NCBI GenBank assembly: GCA_965207995.1
Contig: OZ242299.1
Coordinates: 592,064 to 656,063 of the forward strand
Length of the DNA: 64,000 nt
Reading direction: 5' to 3'
Source of the DNA: Dehalococcoidia bacterium
GTDB lineage: Bacteria; Chloroflexota; Dehalococcoidia; SHYB01
Below, one piece after another: positions 17,366-26,620 of this stretch (positions are counted from its first letter, which is position 1; every line of letters begins with the position of its first letter). A program made the position numbers and the translations under genes. A model generated the notes under the pieces. The model did not search any database, was not told the DNA's origin, and was given only the letters and a program-made list of their open reading frames with translations.

Positions 17366-19745
17366 GAAGGCGACCGGATTCGATCCCTACCCGTACCAGG
17401 CTAAGCTCGTCGAAAGCGATGGGAAGTTCTCGCTCCTGAGAGTACCGACCGGGTCGGGTAAGACCGAAGCTGTGATCCTGGGGTGGCTCTATCTCCGTTG
17501 CGAGTGCGCGAACGCCGCCCCGCCGCGCAGGTTGGTCTACTGCCTGCCGATGCGGACACTGGTGGACCAGACCGTCCGCCGGGTTGAGAAGTGGCTTGTG
17601 AATCTGCGTATGACGGACGATGTTGGGGTTGTCACGCTCATGGGCGGAGAGCCGCGCAAGCAGTGGTACTTGGAGCCTGAGAAGCCGTTCATTGTCGTGG
17701 GAACTCAGGACATGCTGCTGTCCCGCGCCCTGAACCGTGGGTACGGCATGGGCTACAACATGTGGCCTGTGGAGTACGGACTGCTGAACAACGACTGCCT
17801 GTGGGTTATGGACGAGATCCAGCTCATGGCAAACGGCCTGCCCACGTCAACACAACTGGCGGGACTGCGGGACAAGCTGGATACCTTCGGACCGGCCCGG
17901 AGCATCTGGATGTCGGCAACGGCCCGCCCCGACTGGTTGGACACCATTGACCATCGCCGCCCTGGGGCGGAGCAGGTAATGGAGCTTGGCCCCGCCGACC
18001 TTGCGGACGCTCGCTTAGGTAATCGTCACAGCGCCCAAAAGATAGTGACTAGAGTCAAGAGGCAGAAGGAGGTAGCCGCACTCATCGCGGAGAAGCACGT
18101 GTTGGGCACATTGACGCTGGCGATAGTCAACACGGTCGAGCGCGCACAGAAACTCTACGCCGAGCTGGTCAAACCTCGGAACAAGTTACTCCCGGACGTC
18201 GAGAAAGTCTTAGTGCATTCGCGTTTCCGAGAGGATGACCGGCAGAGGAAGCAAGGCCGAATCGATGCGTCTCTCAGTTGTGCAGGCCGGGTCGTAGTCG
18301 CGACACAGGCGGTCGAGGCGGGGGTGGATATCTCGGCGCGTACGCTGATAACTGAGATTGCGCCTTGGGCGTCGATGGTGCAACGGTTTGGCCGGTGCAA
18401 CCGCGAGGGTAAGTACGAGTATGGGGACGTCCTGTGGTTGGATGTGGAAAAGGACACCGCTCCATATGACTCGGATGACGTTGAGCACGCCCGCGGAATC
18501 ATGGAATCCCTGGAAGGTAAGTCTGTTGGGCCTGCTGCGCTTGAAGATATGGGCAACGAGATGAAGGACCCTGACCACGCCATCGTCATTCGTAGGCGAG
18601 ACGTGGTGGGGCTTTTCGACACGACGCCGGACTTGTCGGGGAGCTATTTGGACGTGTCGCAATACATCCGTGGGACGGAAGAGACGGGCGTAACGATATT
18701 CTGGCGCGATGTTCCAGAGGACTATCCAGACGAGGGAGAGCCGAGGCCACGCCATAACGAGACGGTGAGCGTGCCCCTTGGCGACTCAAGGGGCGGCCCA
18801 AAGGGAATCAAGGACTACTTGGATAGTAACCGCAAGGCGTGGATATGGGACTTCTTGGACAGTCAGTGGCGGGAGATTCGGTCTCGCGAGGTTTATCCCG
18901 GCATGACGCTGATGCTGGATGCGAACCAAGGCGGATATGACCCTGATTCGGGCTGGGACGTTTCCGGGAAAGATCGGGTGGAACCTGTGTCGGCTCAAGG
19001 AGAGAACTGGGAACCAGTGCCGGAAGGTCAGGGTTCGGAGCCGACGAACACGTCACAGCGAAAGTGGGTGAGCCTGTCAGACCACTCCCGTCATGTGGAA
19101 GCGGAGGCACTCGTCATCCTTCACGCGATGTCTGAGCAATTCGAGCCCGGCGTCCTCGAAGCAGTGGCGCTAGCGGCACTGTATCACGATGCTGGTAAGG
19201 CACACCCGGCATTCCAGGAAATGTTGCATAAAGATGGCGAATGCCCTCCTGGAGGGGTTTTACTAGCCAAGAGTCGAGGTAACGGAAGGATGGATCGCCG
19301 TCATTTCCGGCATGAGTTGGGCAGTGCATTGGCGTTGTTGAAGCACGCCCACATATCGACCGACGGCATGCGCGACCTCGCCGCGTACTTGGCAGCAACA
19401 CATCATGGAAAGGTCAGGCTCGGCATAAGGTCTCTGCCGGGGGCGCGGACAGGAAACAAGGATAGCAGCCCGGACCCGGACAACCTGTTGGGGTATCCGA
19501 TGTCAGCGCCTGAGACGCTGCCGGCTGTGGATCTAGGCAAAGGGCTTCTCGTACCCAAGACGACTCTGGATGTGTCAGTAGCCCGGATGGGGATGGACGA
19601 GAACGAGAGGCGGTCATGGCTGGAGCGGAGCCTAACGCTATTGGAGCGCTACGGACCGTTCAGGCTTGCCTACTTGGAAGCGCTAGTACGTGCTGCCGAC
19701 ATGCGGGCTAGTGCGAAGGAGCAGGGGGAGGAGACCGCAGAATGA
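17334..19745 (+). CDS. cas3: Cas3 helicase with C-terminal HD nuclease domain (type I-G/I-U architecture)
   Basis: N-terminal DEAD-box helicase motifs ('VPTGSGKT', 'VMDEIQLM') and helicase C; C-terminal HD motifs ('HSRHVEAEA', 'LYHDAGKAH', 'THHGKVR'). Confidence 0.9.
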   Translation: MEEMTYAGFFKKATGFDPYPYQAKLVESDGKFSLLRVPTGSGKTEAVILGWLYLRCECANAAPPRRLVYCLPMRTLVDQTVRRVEKWLVNLRMTDDVGVVTLMGGEPRKQWYLEPEKPFIVVGTQDMLLSRALNRGYGMGYNMWPVEYGLLNNDCLWVMDEIQLMANGLPTSTQLAGLRDKLDTFGPARSIWMSATARPDWLDTIDHRRPGAEQVMELGPADLADARLGNRHSAQKIVTRVKRQKEVAALIAEKHVLGTLTLAIVNTVERAQKLYAELVKPRNKLLPDVEKVLVHSRFREDDRQRKQGRIDASLSCAGRVVVATQAVEAGVDISARTLITEIAPWASMVQRFGRCNREGKYEYGDVLWLDVEKDTAPYDSDDVEHARGIMESLEGKSVGPAALEDMGNEMKDPDHAIVIRRRDVVGLFDTTPDLSGSYLDVSQYIRGTEETGVTIFWRDVPEDYPDEGEPRPRHNETVSVPLGDSRGGPKGIKDYLDSNRKAWIWDFLDSQWREIRSREVYPGMTLMLDANQGGYDPDSGWDVSGKDRVEPVSAQGENWEPVPEGQGSEPTNTSQRKWVSLSDHSRHVEAEALVILHAMSEQFEPGVLEAVALAALYHDAGKAHPAFQEMLHKDGECPPGGVLLAKSRGNGRMDRRHFRHELGSALALLKHAHISTDGMRDLAAYLAATHHGKVRLGIRSLPGARTGNKDSSPDPDNLLGYPMSAPETLPAVDLGKGLLVPKTTLDVSVARMGMDENERRSWLERSLTLLERYGPFRLAYLEALVRAADMRASAKEQGEETAE

Positions 19746-21898
19746 GCCACGTCTTGGAGTTGCGGGGATGCACGCCGGAGCCTTTGATGTCGTATCTGAA
19801 AGCGCTCGGTATCTTCCGGCTGGTGGCGCAGCAGAGAGACAAGGGCGCCCGTGCTTGGTGGCGTAACGACAAGTTTATGCTAAGTTCGTCGTTGGACAGA
19901 GGTGCTCTGGTGGACTTCTTCCTAGAGGAGTATAGACCAACGCCCATCATGTCCCCGTGGAACCGCGGCAGCGGATTCTACCCGAAGGATAACTCCAAGG
20001 CCATGGAGGTCATTTTGGAGTTGGAGTCACCGAGATTCCAGCGTTGGCATGAGGTGGTTTCCATAGCCAAGAGGATAGTGTCTAAGGGTGATGGGCTTAA
20101 GCAGCAAGGACTCAAAGAGTGGGTGCTTGCCCAGTGCAGGGCCGAGTTCCCCGACGACGCACTGGACTGGCTTGATGCGACGTACGTCCTTACCGCAGAT
20201 GGAGCGAAGTTCCCACCCCTTCTAGGTACAGGCGGCAACGACGGACGGCTGGAATTCAGCAACAACTTCATGCAGAACGTGGTCTACGCATTGAACATAG
20301 ATGACCAACGCAACGGGGCTTCGGTGGCTCAGAGTCGTCTCATTGCTGCCTTGTTCAACGAGGGTTCTCCGCAACTCATGAAGAAGCGTTCGACGGGGTT
20401 CTACAATCCTGGAAGCGTGGGGGGTGCCAACGCATCCGTGGGGTTCAACGATGATGCACTGACCAACCCCTGGGACTACGTGTTCATGTTCGAAGGTGTC
20501 CTTCTGTTCGCCGGCGCGGCAGCTCGGAGACTGTCATCGCAAACATCGTCCAAAGCGATATTCCCATTCACCGTAGACAGTTCCGCTGCCGGGTATGGAA
20601 CGTCCGCAGACTCCGAATATGGGGACTCTTCTAGGGCCGAGTTCTGGGCTCCCCTATGGGACCAACCCACCAAAATCCAGGAATTGGATCACCTGGTTTC
20701 GGAGGGGCGCGCCCAGATGGGGAGGCGCCAGGGAGCAAATGGAACGGACTTTGCCAGAGCAGTCATCGGCCTGGGGACGGAGCGCGGGGTTCGGCAGTTT
20801 CAGCGATACGGATTCATGGTACGGAACGGATTGGCGTATCTGGCCGCTCCATTGGGTCGATTCTACACCCCGGACCACGAGGCATCGGAGCGTGCCAACC
20901 TCGCCGACGTACTGTTCGATCTGGATGTGTGGCTGAACAGTCTTCGGCGCAACGCGTCCGGTAATAGAGGGCCGGCCGGCCTTGGCACAGTCCTGAGGCA
21001 GGTCGAGGATGCAATCATAGAGTTTTGCCAACGAGGAAGACCGCACGAGCTTCAGAATGTGTTGATCGCAGTGGGACGCGCCGAGCGGTGGGTGGCGGTC
21101 TCGGGGCTGCGGGAAAACGTCAGCCCACTCAGCAATCTCTCGCCTAAGTGGTTTGATCAAGCCAATGATGACTCCGTCGAATTCAGGGCGGCCAAGGCTA
21201 TGTCATCTATCCTTCAGGAGCCGACTTCAGGAATAGGCCCAATCAGGTGGAACTTGGAGCCCGTTAGAGTGCCTCAGCGACGCTTAGAGTGGGCTACGGA
21301 CAGCACATCGTTCGTATGGACCGGGGGTGATCCGTTGGCCAACATGCTTGCCGTGCTGGAACGCCGTTGCATTGAAGGAAAGATGCACGGTATTCAGAGT
21401 CGCCACCCGCCACTTAACGCAGCGTACTCGGCCAATTTGAGTGACATCGTGTCATTCCTGAACGGTAATGTAGATGATCAGCGCATAGCTGACCTCTCAT
21501 TGCCGCTGTCATTCGTTCACTACTGGCAGCGCCCAGCGCCGAACAATTTCCAGCAGGAACCGCCGGTCGATTTGCCGGTTGCGTACGCGGCGATGAAGCT
21601 GACGTTGCTGACCGGAGAATTCAAGTGCCTGGAGTTCGGTCCTGGTGTGGACATCGCCATGGAGCCATCCATGCTGGCGATGCTGCGCGCGGGTAGAGTG
21701 AGCAGCGCTTATCGGGTGGCATGTAGGCGTCTGAGCGCGTCGGGACTACGACCTTTGTCAGAAGCCCCTGGCATAAGTGATGGATCAAAGCAGGGGCGAC
21801 GGATAGCGGCGGCGTTGTTGTTTCCACTGGACGAGGGTGCATACTGTGCCCTTGCTCATCGTGCACTGCGCAAGCCGAACGGACGCGAAACCGGATAA
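19742..21898 (+). CDS. csx17: Csx17 (Cas8u2) large subunit of the type I-G effector complex
   Basis: 718 aa; N-terminal 'GCTPEPLMSYLKALGIFRLVAQQ' is typical of Csx17. ATGA overlap with cas3, and it sits in a I-G operon context. Confidence 0.8.
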   Translation: MSHVLELRGCTPEPLMSYLKALGIFRLVAQQRDKGARAWWRNDKFMLSSSLDRGALVDFFLEEYRPTPIMSPWNRGSGFYPKDNSKAMEVILELESPRFQRWHEVVSIAKRIVSKGDGLKQQGLKEWVLAQCRAEFPDDALDWLDATYVLTADGAKFPPLLGTGGNDGRLEFSNNFMQNVVYALNIDDQRNGASVAQSRLIAALFNEGSPQLMKKRSTGFYNPGSVGGANASVGFNDDALTNPWDYVFMFEGVLLFAGAAARRLSSQTSSKAIFPFTVDSSAAGYGTSADSEYGDSSRAEFWAPLWDQPTKIQELDHLVSEGRAQMGRRQGANGTDFARAVIGLGTERGVRQFQRYGFMVRNGLAYLAAPLGRFYTPDHEASERANLADVLFDLDVWLNSLRRNASGNRGPAGLGTVLRQVEDAIIEFCQRGRPHELQNVLIAVGRAERWVAVSGLRENVSPLSNLSPKWFDQANDDSVEFRAAKAMSSILQEPTSGIGPIRWNLEPVRVPQRRLEWATDSTSFVWTGGDPLANMLAVLERRCIEGKMHGIQSRHPPLNAAYSANLSDIVSFLNGNVDDQRIADLSLPLSFVHYWQRPAPNNFQQEPPVDLPVAYAAMKLTLLTGEFKCLEFGPGVDIAMEPSMLAMLRAGRVSSAYRVACRRLSASGLRPLSEAPGISDGSKQGRRIAAALLFPLDEGAYCALAHRALRKPNGRETG

Positions 21899-21925
21899 AG
21901 TGGCCGAACAATAATCAGGAGGTTC

Positions 21926-22930
21926 TTGAACATGACGATTGATTGGAAGCAAATGGACGGTGTTCCACGCCTCCTAATGGAGGCTGAGCTGAGACCAGTA
22001 CAGGGTACGCGGTTCCAGCCCACGGGTTTTCCTGATCTTGGTGCTGCTACGTATGAAGCCGTCGGCAAGGTCGATATGGTATTGGTCGAGTCGGCGCAGT
22101 CCATGGCCAATCGAATGGAAGCCGTTTGCTGGGACGAAGAGAACGAGTCTCCGCCCTCCGTACTCAATGGAATGCCTTACGTCTCAGTGGCCCTATGGGA
22201 CAGTGGCAGCTCCACCAATTCGATCCTGGAAGCTCACAGGCTCAACTCCCCCTACATCATGCGTGATGAGGATTTCGCGGCCAAAATCCGGGATGAGGCA
22301 GGGCTACCAGGTCGAAAAGAGAAGGAAGAGGTCGGAGAGTTTAATCGTGCGGCCCTTGCCAAGGCGGTGTTCAAGTATGACCCAGGCTCCGTGCTGCATG
22401 GGGTCTTCTTGGAAAAGCTGCTCGGACTCGCCCGGCTCCAGCGCTGCCTGTCCGGGTTCGTAGAGGCCTGCAACTCCAATGTTGCGGACAGCGGCGGCGT
22501 CAAGAACGACCGGATCGCTCCCTCGCCAGGGTCTTTGAGGCAGATAGGTTTGGAGGTTAGCGCTGCGGAAGGTTACGGCAACGTTCCATTCCACCGTACA
22601 GAATACACCGCTGAGCTTATCACCGCCTACTTCAACCTGGATTTGGCGCAGATTCGGGCCTATGGGTTGGGCGAGAGTGCAGAGCGGTTCCTGGTCACAT
22701 TAGCGTTGTGGAAGGTGCGTAAGTTCTTGGAAACTGGGTTGCGACTGCGGACGGCTTGCGACCTGGATGTTTGCGGCGGCCTGAATGTCACGCGGCCTCA
22801 AGGGTTCGACGTACCGCTAACATCAGATCTGACGGCCAGTCTCCCAAGGCTCATAGAGGCGTGCGCCTCCGAAGGGTTGTTCGCAGACCCCCCCGTAACG
22901 CAGCTTACGTTCGAGAAGAAGGGCAAGTAG
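21926..22930 (+). CDS. csb1: Csb1 (Cas7 group RAMP) of type I-G
   Basis: 334 aa, glycine-rich RAMP-like; position after csx17. Confidence 0.8.
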   Translation: MNMTIDWKQMDGVPRLLMEAELRPVQGTRFQPTGFPDLGAATYEAVGKVDMVLVESAQSMANRMEAVCWDEENESPPSVLNGMPYVSVALWDSGSSTNSILEAHRLNSPYIMRDEDFAAKIRDEAGLPGRKEKEEVGEFNRAALAKAVFKYDPGSVLHGVFLEKLLGLARLQRCLSGFVEACNSNVADSGGVKNDRIAPSPGSLRQIGLEVSAAEGYGNVPFHRTEYTAELITAYFNLDLAQIRAYGLGESAERFLVTLALWKVRKFLETGLRLRTACDLDVCGGLNVTRPQGFDVPLTSDLTASLPRLIEACASEGLFADPPVTQLTFEKKGK

Positions 22931-22936
22931 TCTGCC

Positions 22937-24412
22937 GTGGTTGCGATCAAATTCACGTTCACGGCCAACCGCTACCATGCCACCCAGTGGGGCAGGCATG
23001 TCAATGAAGGTGTGTTGGAGTGGCCGCCGTCTCCGTGGAGGATTCTACGGGGCATCGTCGCGACTTGGCATCGCACACTGCCCGACATCCCAACTGAACG
23101 TGTCCGTTCCATACTTGGAGCGCTGGTGTCCGAGTATCCAAAGTTCCACTTACCCGCAGCGTCCACAGGCCACACCCGACACTACATGCCTTACAGCGAC
23201 GGGACGCGGAAGAGAACGACACTGGTGTTGGACCCGTTCGTGGCAGTTCAACCCAAGAAGTCCCTGTTCGCAATCTGGCCAAACGTCAACTTGGACTCGC
23301 AGCAATGGAGTGACCTAGAGCGCATTCTTAGCAGCATGCCGTATCTGGGACGCGCCGAGTCATGGGTGACTGCGGAACTCACATCGAATCATCTCGATCC
23401 CAACTCCTATGTTCTGGATAATAGTGCACTTCCGGATAGCGATGTAGAGGTCGTACGGACGCTGGTGCCTAACAACGGCATTGGCCTAGATGAGTTGCAG
23501 GTGGAGACGTCTACCCTCAGGAGTAAAGGGCGCATCGACCCGGAAGGTACACACTGGCGTTCGTACGTACGCAGGCGCGACTGCTTCACGTCTTTCCAAA
23601 CCAAGCGATCACGACGGGCCGCTGGCGGTGAAGATGCGACAGTGATCCGGTTTGCCCTGTCCGGCAAGGTCTTGCCAATGGCCTTCGACACCCTCCGTTG
23701 GGGCGAGTTGGCCCGCAAGTGCGCAATGTCCCAGTACGGCAGAAACAATGATGGGGGAGTATCCCAATTCTTGTCAGGCAAGGACCCCTCTGGAACACCG
23801 CTAAAGGGACATAGACACAGCTTCTACATGCCAACTGATGAAGATGGCGACGGGAGACTGGATCACCTAACGATTTGGACACCGGGCGGGCTCACTGAAG
23901 AAGAGTTTCGAGCCCTCGTATCGATAAGCACTCTCAATCCCGGCCGCAACCTTGAGCCAATTCAGATGGTCTACCAAGGCCACGGCGTCGCCGATGATTT
24001 CGTCGGGGTCTCCCGATTATTCAACAGTTCGAGGGTATGGAGGTCACTAACGCCTTACGTCCTGACCCGGCATGTCAAGTTCCGAGGGCCGCTGGATGAG
24101 AACGGACGAAAGACGATGGCCGATGGCCCCGAGGAACAGATCGCCCGCGAAGTGTCGTTGCGCTGGTCAGGGGGCCTTAGACTGGTAAGTGTGGCGATCC
24201 ATAACCAGCGCGATTCTATCGTGCCGATGAAGGAAGGGAGGTCGAATGGGTTTCGACCCTTTGATTTCTTCACTTACAGACGGGGAGGAGGTTCCAATGG
24301 CGGAGGGGTATTCAACTTCAAGCTAGAGTTCGACTGTCCGGTTCAAGGGCCTTTGGCGCTGGGCTTCGCTTGTCATCAAGGTCTGGGCATTTTCGTTCCT
24401 GAAGGGTCTTAG
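22937..24412 (+). CDS. csb2: Csb2 (Cas5/Cas6-like fusion) of type I-G
   Basis: 491 aa; the 'EWPPSPWR' N-terminal motif is characteristic of the Csb2/Cas5 group; position fits. Confidence 0.8.
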   Translation: MVAIKFTFTANRYHATQWGRHVNEGVLEWPPSPWRILRGIVATWHRTLPDIPTERVRSILGALVSEYPKFHLPAASTGHTRHYMPYSDGTRKRTTLVLDPFVAVQPKKSLFAIWPNVNLDSQQWSDLERILSSMPYLGRAESWVTAELTSNHLDPNSYVLDNSALPDSDVEVVRTLVPNNGIGLDELQVETSTLRSKGRIDPEGTHWRSYVRRRDCFTSFQTKRSRRAAGGEDATVIRFALSGKVLPMAFDTLRWGELARKCAMSQYGRNNDGGVSQFLSGKDPSGTPLKGHRHSFYMPTDEDGDGRLDHLTIWTPGGLTEEEFRALVSISTLNPGRNLEPIQMVYQGHGVADDFVGVSRLFNSSRVWRSLTPYVLTRHVKFRGPLDENGRKTMADGPEEQIAREVSLRWSGGLRLVSVAIHNQRDSIVPMKEGRSNGFRPFDFFTYRRGGGSNGGGVFNFKLEFDCPVQGPLALGFACHQGLGIFVPEGS

Positions 24413-24416
24413 AAGT

Positions 24417-26135
24417 ATGGCGACTACTACGCTCCCCGACTCCCAATTGCCGGACTTGGTCCCTGCCCGGATGCTCAACGAGTATGCCTACTGCCCACGG
24501 CTCGCCTACTTGGAATGGGTGCAGGGCGAGTTCGCCGACAGCGTGGATACTGTTGAAGGCCGCTTCCAGCACCGGAGGGTGGATCGTCCATCGGGAACAC
24601 TCTCTACCCCTCCCACCAAGGATGCGGAGGATAGGTCTTCAGACGATGAGGATGCCGTGCATGAGACCATCCACGCCCGCTCAGTTCTGGTGTCCGACCA
24701 TGCGCTAGGCGCGATTGCACGCATTGACTTGGTAGAAGGGGAGGGCAGCCTTGTCACCCCGGTGGACTACAAGCACGGCAAGGCTCCCGACTTGCCGGAA
24801 GGGGCTTGGGAGCCGGAACGAGTCCAGGTGTGCCTACAGGGACTGCTCCTACGCGCCAACGGCTACACCTGCAATGAAGGAATGCTCTACTTTGTCGAGT
24901 CCCACCACCGAGTACCTGTTCCCTTCGACGATGCCCTGGTTGCCCGGACACTCGAACTGCTGTCGGACATCAGGGATATGGCTAGATCTGGGCAAATCCC
25001 ACCCCCTTTGGTGGACAGTCCCAAGTGTCCCAGATGTTCCCTGGTAGGCATCTGCCTCCCCGACGAGGTGAACTTCATATCAGCCAATGGTCAGACCGTC
25101 AGGGCAGATGATGTCCGCCGTCTGACGCCAGCAAGGGATGACGCAATCCCTGTTTACGTGCATTCCCAGGGGGCAGTTGTAGGTAAGTCGGGCGACCAGT
25201 TGGAAGTGAAGCAAAAGGGACAGGTCTTGCAGAGAGTTCGCTTGATGGAAGTCTCCAATTTGTCCCTCTTCGGCAATGTCCAGGTCACCGCCCAAGCTCT
25301 TCGGGAACTATGCAACCGAAACATACCAGTCTGCCACTTCACCTATGGTGGCTGGTTCAACGGCATCACCACAGGAATGAGCCACAAGAACGTGGAATTG
25401 CGCTCCCGCCAATACTTGGGGGCAATGGCTACCGAAACAGCCTTGACCATATCAAGGCAGATAGTCTTCGGAAAGATAAAGAACTGCCGGACTCTCCTGC
25501 GCCGGAATCATCGGGACCCTCCCGTTGCCATCTTGGCAGAGTTGAACCGCCTAGCCGACAGCGCACGAAACGCGGCTTCCGTGGATACACTTCTGGGGAT
25601 CGAAGGAGCTGCGGCCCGGACCTACTTCTCCGAGTTTGAAGGTATGATCAAGTCTGATTCCTTGGAGTTCGACTTCCATGGACGCAACCGGCGTCCTCCT
25701 AGAGACCCGGTAAACGCTGTTCTCTCGTTTCTCTACGCCATGCTGATCAAGCAAGCCACGGTAACGGCTTTGGCCGTGGGGTTTGACCCTTACCTGGGCT
25801 TCTATCATCAGCCCAAGTACGGAAAGCCAGCGCTATCTTTGGATATGGTGGAGGAGTTCAGGCCCCTGATTGCCGACTCCGTGTGCCTGACCCTCATCAA
25901 CAACGGAGAGTTGGGAGCGGAACACTTCATAGTACGGGGAGACGCTGCGGCACTGACTCAGGCCGGTCGCCGCAAAGTCATCGAAGCTTGGGAGCGACGT
26001 ATGGATACGTTGGTTACACACCCGCTATTCGGGTACTCGGTCAGCTACCGACGCATCCTGGAGATCCAAGCACGGCTGCTCTCGCGGCACTTGCTGGGCG
26101 AGCTGCCTGCGTACCCCGTATTCAGGACGAGGTAG
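24417..26135 (+). CDS. cas4/cas1: Cas4-Cas1 fusion protein
   Basis: N-terminal Cas4 RecB-nuclease motifs with Fe-S cysteines ('YCPRLAYLEW', 'CPRCSLVGIC'); C-terminal Cas1 integrase fold. Confidence 0.85.
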   Translation: MATTTLPDSQLPDLVPARMLNEYAYCPRLAYLEWVQGEFADSVDTVEGRFQHRRVDRPSGTLSTPPTKDAEDRSSDDEDAVHETIHARSVLVSDHALGAIARIDLVEGEGSLVTPVDYKHGKAPDLPEGAWEPERVQVCLQGLLLRANGYTCNEGMLYFVESHHRVPVPFDDALVARTLELLSDIRDMARSGQIPPPLVDSPKCPRCSLVGICLPDEVNFISANGQTVRADDVRRLTPARDDAIPVYVHSQGAVVGKSGDQLEVKQKGQVLQRVRLMEVSNLSLFGNVQVTAQALRELCNRNIPVCHFTYGGWFNGITTGMSHKNVELRSRQYLGAMATETALTISRQIVFGKIKNCRTLLRRNHRDPPVAILAELNRLADSARNAASVDTLLGIEGAAARTYFSEFEGMIKSDSLEFDFHGRNRRPPRDPVNAVLSFLYAMLIKQATVTALAVGFDPYLGFYHQPKYGKPALSLDMVEEFRPLIADSVCLTLINNGELGAEHFIVRGDAAALTQAGRRKVIEAWERRMDTLVTHPLFGYSVSYRRILEIQARLLSRHLLGELPAYPVFRTR

Positions 26136-26137
26136 AC

Positions 26138-26428
26138 ATGCGCAATCGATTCTTGGTGTGCTACGATGTGTCCGATCCCAAACGCCTGAGTCGGACGTAC
26201 AAGAAGATGACCGGGTTCGGCGAGCCAGCACAATACTCTGTATTCATTTGTGACCTGTCGCCGAAGGAAAGGGTATTGCTGGAAGTCGCACTCACGGAGA
26301 TTCTGAACCTGAAGGAGGATCGAGTGTTGATAGTGGACATGGGACCTTCCGAGGGCCGAGGAAGTGAGAGTGTTACGATCTTGGGGAATGCTCGTGAAAT
26401 GCCCCGGCGGTCAGTGGTGATTGTGTGA
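26138..26428 (+). CDS. cas2: Cas2
   Basis: 'MRNRFLVCYDVSDPKRLSRTYKKMTGFGEPAQYSVFICDL' is a classic Cas2 N-terminus. The start is 3 nt after the cas4/cas1 stop. The track ORF 25883..26428 is an N-terminal over-extension. Confidence 0.85.
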   Translation: MRNRFLVCYDVSDPKRLSRTYKKMTGFGEPAQYSVFICDLSPKERVLLEVALTEILNLKEDRVLIVDMGPSEGRGSESVTILGNAREMPRRSVVIV

Positions 26429-26620
26429 ATAACAAGAGGTCTGAACCCGTCGACGAGAGGTCCAGAGGTGATGTAATCCCCTTGCACCTCTCGCAGCAAA
26501 TCAACCAAGAGTCGTCCCGTTTTGGTTGGTTTGGATGGGAGCAGTTGCAAATTACCGCACCGTCAGCTCAAAAGGTTCACGATTCGGGCGCAAAGAGGCC
26601 GAATTTAGTGGCAAATAGCT
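26429..26620 (+). promoter_or_regulatory. CRISPR leader (about 190 bp between cas2 and the first repeat)
   Basis: Position, and the same orientation as the repeats, which end in ATTGAAGC. Confidence 0.5.

Noticed and set aside
25883-26428. 181-aa version of cas2
   Set aside because: The N-terminal 85 aa overlap the cas4-cas1 3' end. The conserved Cas2 start MRNRFLVCYD, 3 nt after the upstream stop, is the true start.
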